Below, in pieces: positions 40,316-49,998 of a DNA stretch of 64,000 nt. Each line of letters begins with the position of its first letter. Within the stretch, counting starts at the first letter, position 1. Below the pieces are notes generated by a model. The model did not search any database. It had not been told where the DNA came from and saw only the letters and a program-made list of their open reading frames with translations. Source of the stretch: Candidatus Bathyarchaeota archaeon (GTDB lineage: Archaea; Thermoproteota; Bathyarchaeia; Bathyarchaeales; Bathycorpusculaceae); NCBI GenBank assembly GCA_963775465.1, contig CAVZIW010000015.1, positions 4,217 through 68,216 on the forward strand, read 5' to 3'. A program made the translations under genes and the position numbers.

Positions 40316-42808
40316 TTAACGTTTTTTAAGCACCAGCAGAGCTAAGACAACTGCCACTATCACAATTGAGACAAATAAGCCTACGATTGCGGGAATGAAG
40401 TATGCGTCATATGTGGTTTGTAGGGATATTGCAGTAGGTTGTGGTGTTGTTGCGGGGGAGTCAACTACGAATGAGCTTGTTGCATGTGATGGCCAGTATG
40501 ATTCGCTGCCCGTGAATGATGCGTAGACGGTGTATTGGCCTGGTATGTCTGGTTGCCAACTGAAGGTAAAGAATCCGTCAGCGTCACTAGTGACATTTCC
40601 GATTTCTCTGGAGTTGCCATTAGTGTCAAGCACGCTAATTGAGATGGGAACGCCTTTGGTGTCAAATGGACGTTCAAACTGCATGTATACGTATTTCATC
40701 CAGTCGCTCATGCTTGCGTCAGATACTGCTGGAACTCCATTGGGAAAACGCATTGTCAAAGTTGCATCATTTGTGCCAGGTGAAACGTCTGTTATCATTC
40801 CTCGAATTACTAAGCTGTTTCCGAGAGTTATGCCGGTTGCTGGAGCGTCAACAATTGTTTGGCTGGGTCCTTTTCCTATTGCGTATATCCGTTGGTCGTA
40901 GGTATCCATTAATGCAATTATGCTGTCTCCGATCATTGCCTTTCCGCCCCAACATGTCTGTCGAAGGCCTCCATCTATCTTCCAAATGACATTTCCAGTC
41001 TCTATAGCCAGACATATGAATGGTGCGCCTCGTGGAAGCGGCTGGTTTGGCGAGTGTTCGACGTGTCCTAAGTATACCTTGCCGTCTGAAACTAGGACCT
41101 GTTGCATCCACCAGTTGTTGCCTATGGTAAATTCGGTGTTGAGGTCTTCAGCTGTGTAGTTCCAAAGTAAAGTTCCGGTTTTTGCATCGTAGCATCTTAT
41201 GTCTCCAGCTGCACCTGATGAAACGAGCTTGCCGTAGTTTATCGTGCTTATGCGGTCAAACATGTTAAGGTAGGTGTCTGGTGGTGAGGGTCCCCAGAGG
41301 AATTGCCCGTTGGTTAGATCGAAAGCATAGTAGTTCATGCATTCTTTTGAATTTAGTACTGCGACGTTGTCTGTTAGGCTTGCGGCTGCCCAGTTGATGG
41401 TTTGGTTTCCTTCCGCCCAAGACGATGGAGCGGTCCAAGCGGTATTGTAGAGTATCGATCCGATCTGTCCGTTTGATGAGTTCAGGTTTAGTGCCCATAT
41501 CTGTACGTTGGTAGCATTTATCGATGCACCGACTACTCTGTCAAGTGGATTTACAATCCGAACATTACCAGGTAGCGCTTTAGGGATCGTTACATTCCAG
41601 TCATAGCCCTTTGTTTGTGCGTCAAAAGTTCTGCCCCTGACTTGGCTGCCCCATGCAACTGCCATACCCGCATTGTTTTTAAGCACGACTGAAGAGGTGT
41701 TCCATTGTGCCAGCCATCCCGCATTTTGACTAATTGTGTACTTTAGAATTTCGCCATTGGGACCATAGTAGTTTGTGCCCGAAGGGACATTGGTCATGTT
41801 GTATTTCCAGTCGCCCGTTAAAGGTTCAAATGCATACCAATTTGTTCCGCTAGTTACCCATAGGTACGAGAAATCGCCTTGGTAGTTCATTGAGCTGAAT
41901 CGTAAAACTTGTCCGAAGGCTATTCTTCCGTTGCCGTAGTTAACTCCATTGTTAGCTAAGCTTTTAGTCCATAGTTCTTCTCCTGTGTGCAAATCGACTG
42001 CCACTACTGCTTGTTGTGGTTGACCTGAGTCGTATTTGTTGTAGAACATTACGCCGCTGATTATTACCCCGCCAAATTTGCCTTCGTATGCGTCGCCTAT
42101 GCCATATCCTGTTTCATCAACTCCGCCAGCTAATCCGCCCATTGTGTCTCCTACTGGTCTTGTCCAAAGTATGTGGGCGCTTTCTGGGGCATCTTGATCG
42201 GGTGCATAGAGGTTGTCTGACGGAAGTATGGGTGTTGGCACTAGCCAGTTGCCTGATATTGTATACCATTCTCTTAGTTGTTGATTTATTGGGCGCGACC
42301 AATATTCGCTGGGTAGGGCTTCTCCTGGATAGTATTGAATTTGGTCTTGTTGAACTTCAAGTGCTAGTTGTGGGCTGAAGCTTTCTTTGTAGAGCATCTG
42401 GGACGAGACTGGATTTCCGAAGAAGTCATAACCGGAGTAGTTGTACCATTGTTCAGGAAAGTGGGTCTTTAGGTAATAAGTTCCAACCTGCGTTGGAGTG
42501 TACAGAACTCCAGTGCCTCCTGTGGAGTCAGTCTTGTAGGGTCCAACAGTTTCAGTTGAGTTGTCTGGTTTTGTAACGATGACTGTTAAGCCTGTGAATC
42601 CGTCAGTTGCAGTACTTAATGCGTCGGGAATACCTACGTGGAGCATTACTGTCTGGCCCACTCCTACCGGGTTGGGCATAGCCCCGATATATGCGAAAGT
42701 TGATTTCGATGATGCTGCCGCGTTTGCAGGCAGAGTCGCGAATGGAAGTATCATAGTTAATACTAGAATCATTGTAATTATAGTTGCCATTTTTTGGTTA
42801 ATTTTCAA
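40316..42808 (-). CDS. PQQ-like beta-propeller surface protein, paralogue 3
   Basis: Same architecture; RFPNGVPAVSDASMSDWM; TM ending LVLKKR. Confidence 0.85.
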   Translation of the reverse strand: MKINQKMATIITMILVLTMILPFATLPANAAASSKSTFAYIGAMPNPVGVGQTVMLHVGIPDALSTATDGFTGLTVIVTKPDNSTETVGPYKTDSTGGTGVLYTPTQVGTYYLKTHFPEQWYNYSGYDFFGNPVSSQMLYKESFSPQLALEVQQDQIQYYPGEALPSEYWSRPINQQLREWYTISGNWLVPTPILPSDNLYAPDQDAPESAHILWTRPVGDTMGGLAGGVDETGYGIGDAYEGKFGGVIISGVMFYNKYDSGQPQQAVVAVDLHTGEELWTKSLANNGVNYGNGRIAFGQVLRFSSMNYQGDFSYLWVTSGTNWYAFEPLTGDWKYNMTNVPSGTNYYGPNGEILKYTISQNAGWLAQWNTSSVVLKNNAGMAVAWGSQVRGRTFDAQTKGYDWNVTIPKALPGNVRIVNPLDRVVGASINATNVQIWALNLNSSNGQIGSILYNTAWTAPSSWAEGNQTINWAAASLTDNVAVLNSKECMNYYAFDLTNGQFLWGPSPPDTYLNMFDRISTINYGKLVSSGAAGDIRCYDAKTGTLLWNYTAEDLNTEFTIGNNWWMQQVLVSDGKVYLGHVEHSPNQPLPRGAPFICLAIETGNVIWKIDGGLRQTCWGGKAMIGDSIIALMDTYDQRIYAIGKGPSQTIVDAPATGITLGNSLVIRGMITDVSPGTNDATLTMRFPNGVPAVSDASMSDWMKYVYMQFERPFDTKGVPISISVLDTNGNSREIGNVTSDADGFFTFSWQPDIPGQYTVYASFTGSESYWPSHATSSFVVDSPATTPQPTAISLQTTYDAYFIPAIVGLFVSIVIVAVVLALLVLKKR
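40697..40777. repeat. 81-bp perfect repeat shared with 52132-52212 (inverted orientation)
   Basis: Reverse complement is identical to 52132-52212; flanks have diverged. Confidence 0.85.
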
Positions 42809-42830
42809 TTTTTTGCTTTCTCCTTATTTA

Positions 42831-42964
42831 TTAAACGAGAGTATTTTCTAGAAATACAATCGTCAGAAGCAGAGTTTCTGTCTATTAGTTATTTAAAAAA
42901 GAGCCGTAAGTTTATCTTACGACAATGACAAGTTGATTCTAAAGCATTTGACACCTTAGTTATG
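42831..42964. repeat. Duplicated divergent-promoter block (homologous to ~45641-45773) containing CAGAA-N7-TTCTG
   Basis: Shared TTAAACGA, CAGAAGCAGAGTTTCTG (42864-42880 vs 45670-45686), TATTTAAAA, GAGCCGTAAGTT.ATCTTA.GACAA. Confidence 0.8.
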
Positions 42965-42993
42965 TCATTGGCAAGAAACTATTTTGAGGATTG
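42962..42993 (+). pseudogene. C-terminal remnant of a deleted TrmB gene
   Basis: Encodes MSLARNYFEDC vs VSLGRNYFEDC of the intact TrmB; 26/29 nt identical to 46518-46546. Confidence 0.7.
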
Positions 42994-43059
42994 TAAAAAA
43001 AGGGAAGGGTTGAGTTTTGTTTTTGTCTTTTTGTTATCGCTTTTTTACTGCTTGCAAGA

Positions 43060-45621
43060 CTACGAATCGCCGACTATTGCGATAGCAAGTATGATTGCTA
43101 TAACTCCGACGATTAGCGGGATTGTCAATGCGTTGGTTGTGTCGAGGGTTACTGGCTCCTGTGTTGGTTGTGTTATTGGGGCATCAATTACTGATGCATA
43201 AGTTGTGGCCCATGAGCTTCCGTAAGATTGGTCGCCTGCAAAGGTTGCGGTAATTTTGTATTGCCCTGCGATTTCGGGTGTCCATGAATAGCCGAAGTTG
43301 CCTTTTTCATCGCTAGTTACTGTGTCAAGGTGGAAGAAGTTGTTGTTGGGATCGATAACGTCGATTGAAACTGGGACGCCTGTGACTGTTACGTTGTGGA
43401 AGAAGCCATCGATTGGTCGTTGCATGTGCAGGAACTCCATGTACGTGGACATTGACTCTTTGGATACGCATGCTGCACCCGGTTGAGCTGGCGATTGATC
43501 TAAAATGGTGCCAGATATTATTGTTGTCTCTCCTGTAGGGATTGCTGTTTGTGGAGCGGAGACTGTTGCTTGGCTTTCTCCTTTACCGAACACGTACATG
43601 TAGCCGTCGTATTTGTTGTCGTATGTGAGGTATCCGTCTGCGACTGCTCCTGCTGAGCCTCCGCCTGAGATGTCCCATATGTATTCGCCTGTTGTTGCGT
43701 TAAGTGCCCAGAGTCTCCAGCCTCTTGCGAGGGGTTCTGTAGGCGAGTGTTCGCCGTTTGCGTAGTAGAGTATTCCGTTGGCGATTTGGGGTGAGTTGCT
43801 AAAGAGTGTACTTGAGGGGTAAGTTGCTGATTCAAAGGGCAGAGTTGGTGTTGAGTAGTGCCATACTATATCTCCTGTGTCCCAGTCTAATGCATAGAAG
43901 CCTGCGTATGAGAAGTCGTAGACTAAGCCACCGTAAGAGGCGATCGTGTAGGCTCCGAAGTCTCCCCACGGATATTCTGTTCCGCCTGTTTCACCTGGTT
44001 TAGCGCTTTGCCAGAGTAGTTTTCCAGTTTGTTGATCCCAGCAGTCCCACCATCCGCCGAGAACGCGTGTGGTGACTTTTCCGTGGTCTGCACATAAGCC
44101 TGTGGGGAAGAATATGTCGTTGGTCGTTACGTTCCAGAGTAGTTGGCCTGTTGTTATGCTTGTTCCCATTAGGAATTGGCCGAGTGTGTGTCCAGCGCCT
44201 GCTGGAACGATTGAGGCTGAACTTACGTCGATTCCTGTTTCATAATCGACTGAGCCTAGGCGGCTGAAGGGGTAGCTTATGTTGCTTATTATTCTGGAGT
44301 TGAAGTTTGTGCTTGTTCCTGTTGTTGTCCAGTTGATTAACCAGTTTTGGCCGCCGGAACTTGCCACGCTGAGAACGTATGGGTCTTTGTACATTACTCC
44401 TGAGGAAACTGGTAGTGAGATGTTTGCTTTTACTGCTCCGCTCCATGGGTCATATTTGATCATTCTTGAGGATCCTATGTATACTAGAGAGTATGTTCCT
44501 GTTCCCATTCCTGTTTGGTCTGCTCCTGGTACTGAGGTGCCTACTTCGTTGAAGGTGACAACTGTGGGTATTTGGGTTATGCCTGTTTGTTCCCAGTATA
44601 TTTCTCCTGTGCGGATGTCGTAGCATGTCCATGCGTTTGTGGTTTGTGTTACTGTGACGCCGTTTACTGTTGTTGTCATTGGTTTAGCTATGGATTGGTA
44701 TGCGCGGCCTTGGAATATGATGTTTGGTGTTCCTGCGTATGTTGATTCGCCGGGTCCAACTGAGCGGTATCCGAATTGTCCGCCGACAATGCCTGCGAGT
44801 GCGCCTTGTCTCATCCATGCGATGTGTGATGTTTCTGGTCCTTGGACGTATGGGGTGTATTTGTAGTTGCTTGCGTATGTGTTGGTGTTTGCTGGCCAAT
44901 CGGGTCCTCCGCCTACACCGGTGAACGGGTATTGTCCACCTATAAGATACCATTCACGGTCTTCGATTGGTATGGGGCGTGTCCAATAATCATTTGGTAA
45001 GGGTGCTGCTGGCCATGAATAGACCAAATCCTGCTGTACAGTTAGCGATACTTCTGGACTGATTGAGGCTTGATACCATGCAGACTCTAGGTTTGCTGGT
45101 CCGCCAAAGCCCATTCCGCCTGTGTTGGTTCCTGGTGGAAGATCTGCTGTAGTGGCGTAGTATATGCCGTTGTAGTACCATCCTGCTTGGAAGTAGTTGC
45201 CTGGGAAGTTAAACTTGAATTTGTATGTGCCTACTTGGTCGACGCTGTATTGGACCCATGCTGTTGAGTCGCCCTGGTAGGAACTTAGTGGTCCGATGGT
45301 TTCTGTGGCGTTGTTTGGTTTTGTAACTGTTATTGTGTATCCTGAGAAGAATCTGTTGTACTGCACTGGAGGTTCGAGCCACAGGTTGATAAGAACGGTT
45401 TGTCCTTGACCTATCGGGTTGGGGCTAATACTAATGAAGGCTGTAGTTGCAATCGTAACGTTTGGGGTTACTCCTTGTGGGGGGGAGGTTGGCCATGGTG
45501 TTAGTTGTGGTGCTCCTATCTGTTCAACTGCTGCATTTGTGGATAGAAAGATAGCTGAAGCTGACATTAACAGCAACGAAAGAAACATTAGTGCCATAAC
45601 TTTGTTCTTTATTTGTTTCAT
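43060..45621 (-). CDS. PQQ-like beta-propeller surface protein, paralogue 4 (C-terminal tail frameshifted)
   Basis: Same architecture; ends ...IAIVGDS*, while an alternative frame gives FVVLQAVKKR* (stop 43034). Confidence 0.85.
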   Translation of the reverse strand: MKQIKNKVMALMFLSLLLMSASAIFLSTNAAVEQIGAPQLTPWPTSPPQGVTPNVTIATTAFISISPNPIGQGQTVLINLWLEPPVQYNRFFSGYTITVTKPNNATETIGPLSSYQGDSTAWVQYSVDQVGTYKFKFNFPGNYFQAGWYYNGIYYATTADLPPGTNTGGMGFGGPANLESAWYQASISPEVSLTVQQDLVYSWPAAPLPNDYWTRPIPIEDREWYLIGGQYPFTGVGGGPDWPANTNTYASNYKYTPYVQGPETSHIAWMRQGALAGIVGGQFGYRSVGPGESTYAGTPNIIFQGRAYQSIAKPMTTTVNGVTVTQTTNAWTCYDIRTGEIYWEQTGITQIPTVVTFNEVGTSVPGADQTGMGTGTYSLVYIGSSRMIKYDPWSGAVKANISLPVSSGVMYKDPYVLSVASSGGQNWLINWTTTGTSTNFNSRIISNISYPFSRLGSVDYETGIDVSSASIVPAGAGHTLGQFLMGTSITTGQLLWNVTTNDIFFPTGLCADHGKVTTRVLGGWWDCWDQQTGKLLWQSAKPGETGGTEYPWGDFGAYTIASYGGLVYDFSYAGFYALDWDTGDIVWHYSTPTLPFESATYPSSTLFSNSPQIANGILYYANGEHSPTEPLARGWRLWALNATTGEYIWDISGGGSAGAVADGYLTYDNKYDGYMYVFGKGESQATVSAPQTAIPTGETTIISGTILDQSPAQPGAACVSKESMSTYMEFLHMQRPIDGFFHNVTVTGVPVSIDVIDPNNNFFHLDTVTSDEKGNFGYSWTPEIAGQYKITATFAGDQSYGSSWATTYASVIDAPITQPTQEPVTLDTTNALTIPLIVGVIAIILAIAIVGDS

Positions 45622-45770
45622 TTTTTTTCTCCTAACTTTTTTAAACGAAATATCTAGTGATATATCGTTCAGAAGCAGAGTTTCTGGGTATTACTTATTT
45701 AAAACAGAGCCGTAAGTTGATCTTATGACAAAAGCTAGTTTTAAAAGCATATCACGACATTATAGCAGCT

Positions 45771-46589
45771 ATGCAGCTATTCCCTGAGAACGATGATATC
45801 GGTTTTCTCTCAGAATTAGGGCTGAGCAACAACCAAATAAGAATATACCTCTCACTTCTCAAGATAGGTTCTCCAGCCAAAGCATTCATAATATATCAAA
45901 CTTCAGGTGTTCCACGACAAGATGTCTACCGAGTACTTTTTGAGTTGCAGCAACTCGGCATAGTTGAGAAAAAAATAGCAACACCAAACGAGTTTAGTGC
46001 CGTTGAACCCAAAAAAGCAGTTTCTATCCTAATCGAAAACAAACAACAGCAAATCTCTGAGTTGAGTTTTAAAGCAGAAATATTCTCCAGAAAAGCAACT
46101 GAACGCTACTGCAAGCTAAATCCGTTGCCAGATAAAGACCGGTTTACGCTGATTACGGAAAAGCAAGCAATAATACATACCATCAAAGAAGCCATTGAAA
46201 AATCACAAAAGATATTCTGTTTCATTGTTCCAAAAAGAGAATTCCTACAATGGTTAGCTGTTCTTTCTGAATCGTTAATTTTGATCAAAGACAAAAACAT
46301 AAAAGTTAGATGGATAACTCAAATGCCTGACCAAGCTGATGTTCCGAAAATTTATGATATATTAAAGCAAAATCATCATATTCAAATCAAATTCATTTCC
46401 AATACTGCTTCAGTGAAGTTCGCATTGTCCGATGAAAGCGAAATTGTGTTAGCTGTTTTAGAGGGAGGCAATTTTGCTGAGACTCCAGCTCTTTTGACCA
46501 ACAGTCCAGCGGTCGTATCGTTGGGAAGAAACTATTTTGAAGATTGCTGGACAAGGGGAAAAGATCTAAACACTATCAAACTGGTTTAA
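45771..46589 (+). CDS. TrmB family transcriptional regulator
   Basis: LSELGLSNNQIRIYLSLL...SGVPRQDVYRVL..L...GIVEK HTH plus C-terminal effector domain; divergent from paralogue 4. Confidence 0.88.
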   Translation: MQLFPENDDIGFLSELGLSNNQIRIYLSLLKIGSPAKAFIIYQTSGVPRQDVYRVLFELQQLGIVEKKIATPNEFSAVEPKKAVSILIENKQQQISELSFKAEIFSRKATERYCKLNPLPDKDRFTLITEKQAIIHTIKEAIEKSQKIFCFIVPKREFLQWLAVLSESLILIKDKNIKVRWITQMPDQADVPKIYDILKQNHHIQIKFISNTASVKFALSDESEIVLAVLEGGNFAETPALLTNSPAVVSLGRNYFEDCWTRGKDLNTIKLV

Positions 46590-46604
46590 CGTTGAATTTG
46601 TACT

Positions 46605-46869
46605 GAAAGGGTAGCTGCTTCTAAAAGGATAGCTGAGAAGATAAACTCTACTGAGAAAATAAATCCTCATGAATACGAAGAAGAACTTGAACAGAGAAAT
46701 CCCTAATGCTTTACCTAAACGCAAACGTCTTCATCTATGTAGCAATAAACGGCGAAGAGATTGGAAAACAATGATGAGATTATCCTAGAAATCGCTTAAG
46801 GACTTTTTTGATAAAGAACCTGACATTTACACAATTAAAGATATAAAAGCCGAGGTTAAAGGCGTTTGA
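46605..46869 (+). pseudogene. Start-less and stop-interrupted antitoxin-like fragments
   Basis: ERVAASKRIAEKI...EYEEELEQRNP* with no start; DWKTMMRLS*KSLKDFFDKEPDIYTIKDIK with in-frame TAG at 46786. Confidence 0.4.
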
Positions 46870-46929
46870 AAAGTTGCTTTAGAATAACTTATAACCTTCC
46901 GGTTCCTTATCGGTACCTGGTGAGTTGCT

Positions 46930-47139
46930 ATGGCTGAAACAGTTTCAATTCCTCGTCCGCTATTAAAAGAGCTCTACGAACATTTTGACAGAATAGAGGA
47001 GATTCTAGCTACATTGGAAGAGCTTTCAGATAAAAAAGGGCTAAAGAGAATTGAAAGAAGTCTTGAAGAATACAAAAATAAAGAATGCGTTACCCTCTCA
47101 AGTTCTGAGAAAATCAGAGAAGCCCTCATGAAGGACTAA
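46930..47139 (+). CDS. Putative RelB-like antitoxin
   Basis: 69 aa; IEEILATLEELSDKKGLKRIERSLEEYK; directly precedes a RelE-like fragment. Confidence 0.6.
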   Translation: MAETVSIPRPLLKELYEHFDRIEEILATLEELSDKKGLKRIERSLEEYKNKECVTLSSSEKIREALMKD

Positions 47140-47141
47140 GT

Positions 47142-47267
47142 TTGCAATACAAGACGATTTTCACCAAAAGCTTCAAAAAGGAATTTCGTAAAATTCCAAA
47201 AGGCATCCGAGAGATTATTCTTAAGACTCTGGAAAAAACAATAGTAAATAAAGTCACGTTCCGATAA
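47142..47267 (+). pseudogene. Truncated RelE/ParE-like toxin (41 aa)
   Basis: MQYKTIFTKSFKKEFRKIPKGIREIILKTLE matches the RelE N-terminus and then stops. Confidence 0.65.
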
Positions 47268-47298
47268 GGAAAGCTGGATTAACTCGATTGATGGTTAG

Positions 47299-48678
47299 AT
47301 GAATCTTCCTAGAATAATCATTGCGGGCGCTCAGAGCGGAGTGGGTAAAACAACTATTTCTATAGGGTTGATGAGTGCACTAAAGGATGCGGGCTTCAAC
47401 GTTCAAGGATTCAAGGTGGGTCCAGACTACATCGACCCAAGTTATCATAATGTCGTAACTGGACGCCAATCCGAGAACTTGGATGTTTGGATGGTGCCGC
47501 CAGATCAAATCGTAGAAGTGTTTCTTCGTGCAACAAGGGATGCCGACTTCGCTGTTATCGAAGGTGTTATGGGTCTTTACGATGGACTTAGCGGGTTGGA
47601 TGAGACTGGGAGCACCGCGCAGATAGCAAAAATCCTAAGGTGCCCCGTAATCTTAGTTATCGACGTTCATGATATGGCTAGAACAGCTGCTGCAGTTGCA
47701 TTGGGCTACAAGAACTTCGATAAGGATGTCAACATTGTAGGAATCATTCTAAACAATGTTGCCGGCAAAACTCACGCGGCATGGTGCAGGGAAGCAATAG
47801 AGGCAATTGTGGGAATACCCGTAATCGGTTCATTGCCCGTCAACAAAGAAATCGAGTTGCCACAGAGGCATCTGGGTCTTATCCCGACAGCAGAAAAAGA
47901 AACCTTCAATTCATTCTTTCCCAAAATTAAGGATTTCATTCGAACCCACATAAACATGGATGCGGTCATTAAGGTGGCAGAGTCAGCTGGAGAAATGCCG
48001 CAAGTCCAACACCCAATTTACCCAAAAAGAAATCATAATAAAAACGTCGTGGTCGGCGTGGCTTTTGATGAAGCATTCAACTTCTATTATCCTGGGAATC
48101 TTAGCCTTCTTGAAGCGTATGGGGCAGAAATCGTTCGATTCAGCCTAATCCACGATAGAGCACTTCCCGTTGGTGTTGAGGGATTGTACATTGGCGGTGG
48201 TTTTCCCGAAATGTTGCTCAAGGAACTGGAGGCAAACCAGAGCATGCGTGAGGACATAAAGAAAGCGGCTGAAAACGGCATACCCATCTATGCTGAATGT
48301 GCTGGATTAATGTATCTCACTGAGTCGATAACTGATTTCGATGGAAACAGCCATAAAATGGTAGGTTTCTTGAAGGGCAAAACAGTCATGACCCAAAAAA
48401 CGTTGGTTACCTACTCCCTCGCAGAAGTCAGCCGCGACAATTTGCTCTGCAAAGCAGGAAGCCAGTTGAAAGGTCATGAGTTCCATAACTCAAAAATTAT
48501 TGACATTGCTGCTGATGCACAATTTGCTTATATCATGAAAATGGGCGAAGGGATAATAGACAAAAAGGAAGCATGGATGCAATACAACGTTTTAGCATCC
48601 TACATGCACATTCACTTTGCCCAAAACCCTGAAATCGTCGTAAACTTCCTTAAGAATTGTAAAAAACACAAACGATGA
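47299..48678 (+). CDS. cbiA: Cobyrinate a,c-diamide synthase (CbiA/CobB; CfbB paralogy not excluded)
   Basis: SGVGKTT, FKVGPDYIDP, IEGVMGLYDG, AECAGLMYL, HEFH, YMHIHF. Confidence 0.88.
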   Translation: MNLPRIIIAGAQSGVGKTTISIGLMSALKDAGFNVQGFKVGPDYIDPSYHNVVTGRQSENLDVWMVPPDQIVEVFLRATRDADFAVIEGVMGLYDGLSGLDETGSTAQIAKILRCPVILVIDVHDMARTAAAVALGYKNFDKDVNIVGIILNNVAGKTHAAWCREAIEAIVGIPVIGSLPVNKEIELPQRHLGLIPTAEKETFNSFFPKIKDFIRTHINMDAVIKVAESAGEMPQVQHPIYPKRNHNKNVVVGVAFDEAFNFYYPGNLSLLEAYGAEIVRFSLIHDRALPVGVEGLYIGGGFPEMLLKELEANQSMREDIKKAAENGIPIYAECAGLMYLTESITDFDGNSHKMVGFLKGKTVMTQKTLVTYSLAEVSRDNLLCKAGSQLKGHEFHNSKIIDIAADAQFAYIMKMGEGIIDKKEAWMQYNVLASYMHIHFAQNPEIVVNFLKNCKKHKR

Positions 48679-48734
48679 TCTGGTCTGTGTGGAATTTGTT
48701 GTTTACTTTTAAAACAGGTATGTTCGATTAACAA

Positions 48735-48950
48735 GTGTTATATACTGTCTCAATACATACTATTCCTAAAGAGGCGAGGTTAAACTTTATGGAATCACAA
48801 TTAGCGGTTTTTAGAAACCAGGAAGCAGCAGAACTCTTCAACTACATAGTAAGTTACACTCGCTTAATCGCTGAAAAACATCCCCAAAACGAAGAAACCT
48901 GCAACATAACGCTCGAAGTTATACCAGAAGAACAAAAAATAACTGTATAA
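48735..48950 (+). CDS. Small hypothetical protein
   Basis: Probable ATG at 48789 after GAGGCGAGG. Confidence 0.45.
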   Translation: MLYTVSIHTIPKEARLNFMESQLAVFRNQEAAELFNYIVSYTRLIAEKHPQNEETCNITLEVIPEEQKITV

Positions 48951-49998
48951 TTATCAAATTAGCATGGCTGGGTTAGGTATATTTTTTTTATTTCTACCTT
49001 CTGCGAGAGGCAGATCATTTTTATGTAAACTTTTTTTGACAACTTTCATGTAACTGATTACTCAGACATTTGCTGCTTTTTTCAGGATTATTCAAAGTTA
49101 AGTTCCTTTAATTATGATAATTGAGGCAAGCTTTGCTTGCCTTCTTCTTCCTGTTTCTAGAGCTTGTTTGTGACAGAACACTTTCACTTTGAAAATATAT
49201 ACCCCCAGCGTTGATAAAAAAATTACCATTTTAGAAAAATGTTGTTGAAAAGTTAGAAATTATTGTATGATTTCTTGATTGAAAGCGAGATTTTTTTGCT
49301 GAAGATTTGAACGCTTTCTTTGATCGAATGGTTGGCACTGACAGAACCGAAGTTGGAGAAGACAAACAATCAAAAACTATAATCAGAGAAATGGGCTCAA
49401 TTGATTTTGTGGGTATATGATAAATAAGATAGTAATACCCAATTATTTGTTGACTGAAATAAAAAAAGAAGTTGGGATTTGGAAATTTATTTTTATGTCA
49501 CTATGTATGGTCGTCTCATTTCGTTGTCTTCATGGTTGATGATATGGCAGTGCCAGACGAAAGACAAGGTGCAAGGCAAAACTACTGCCGCCAGCGCGCG
49601 CTGACAAAAAGACTAAGGCTCCGAAAATTATAGAAAGTAATTAGTAAGCCCATGGATTAATTTTTGTCGAAAAAAGAAATTAAAATAATAATTTTTCTCC
49701 TTCAAGTTCAATTAGGGGGTTCGCCCCCAACCAACTTAAGCGTTAATGTAAGTTCAACAGATCTAGAGGTATTTTAGCCAACAATTTTAGCTTTGGCGCT
49801 ATCATTATTGTGTGTTGGCGCATTGGTCAGAAATCGAAATAACCGTTATAATTTAAAATAAAAAGCTCTTAACATCTCAGTAATATTTGCCTATCTCAAT
49901 TCTTTAATCTAAATAAACTATATTAACCCTGAAGAATAATTTTTATTGAGCACTATTTTTTCATCTTTTGCTCAAAGAATATCGTGAGAAAGGAAAAA

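Noticed and set aside
49520-49570. Hammerhead-ribozyme-like elements (TTGTC-T pairing with GAAA-GACAA, TTGATGA core)
   Set aside because: C3 is replaced, stem I would be only 5 nt and stem II lacks the G-C closing pair, so it cannot form a hammerhead.
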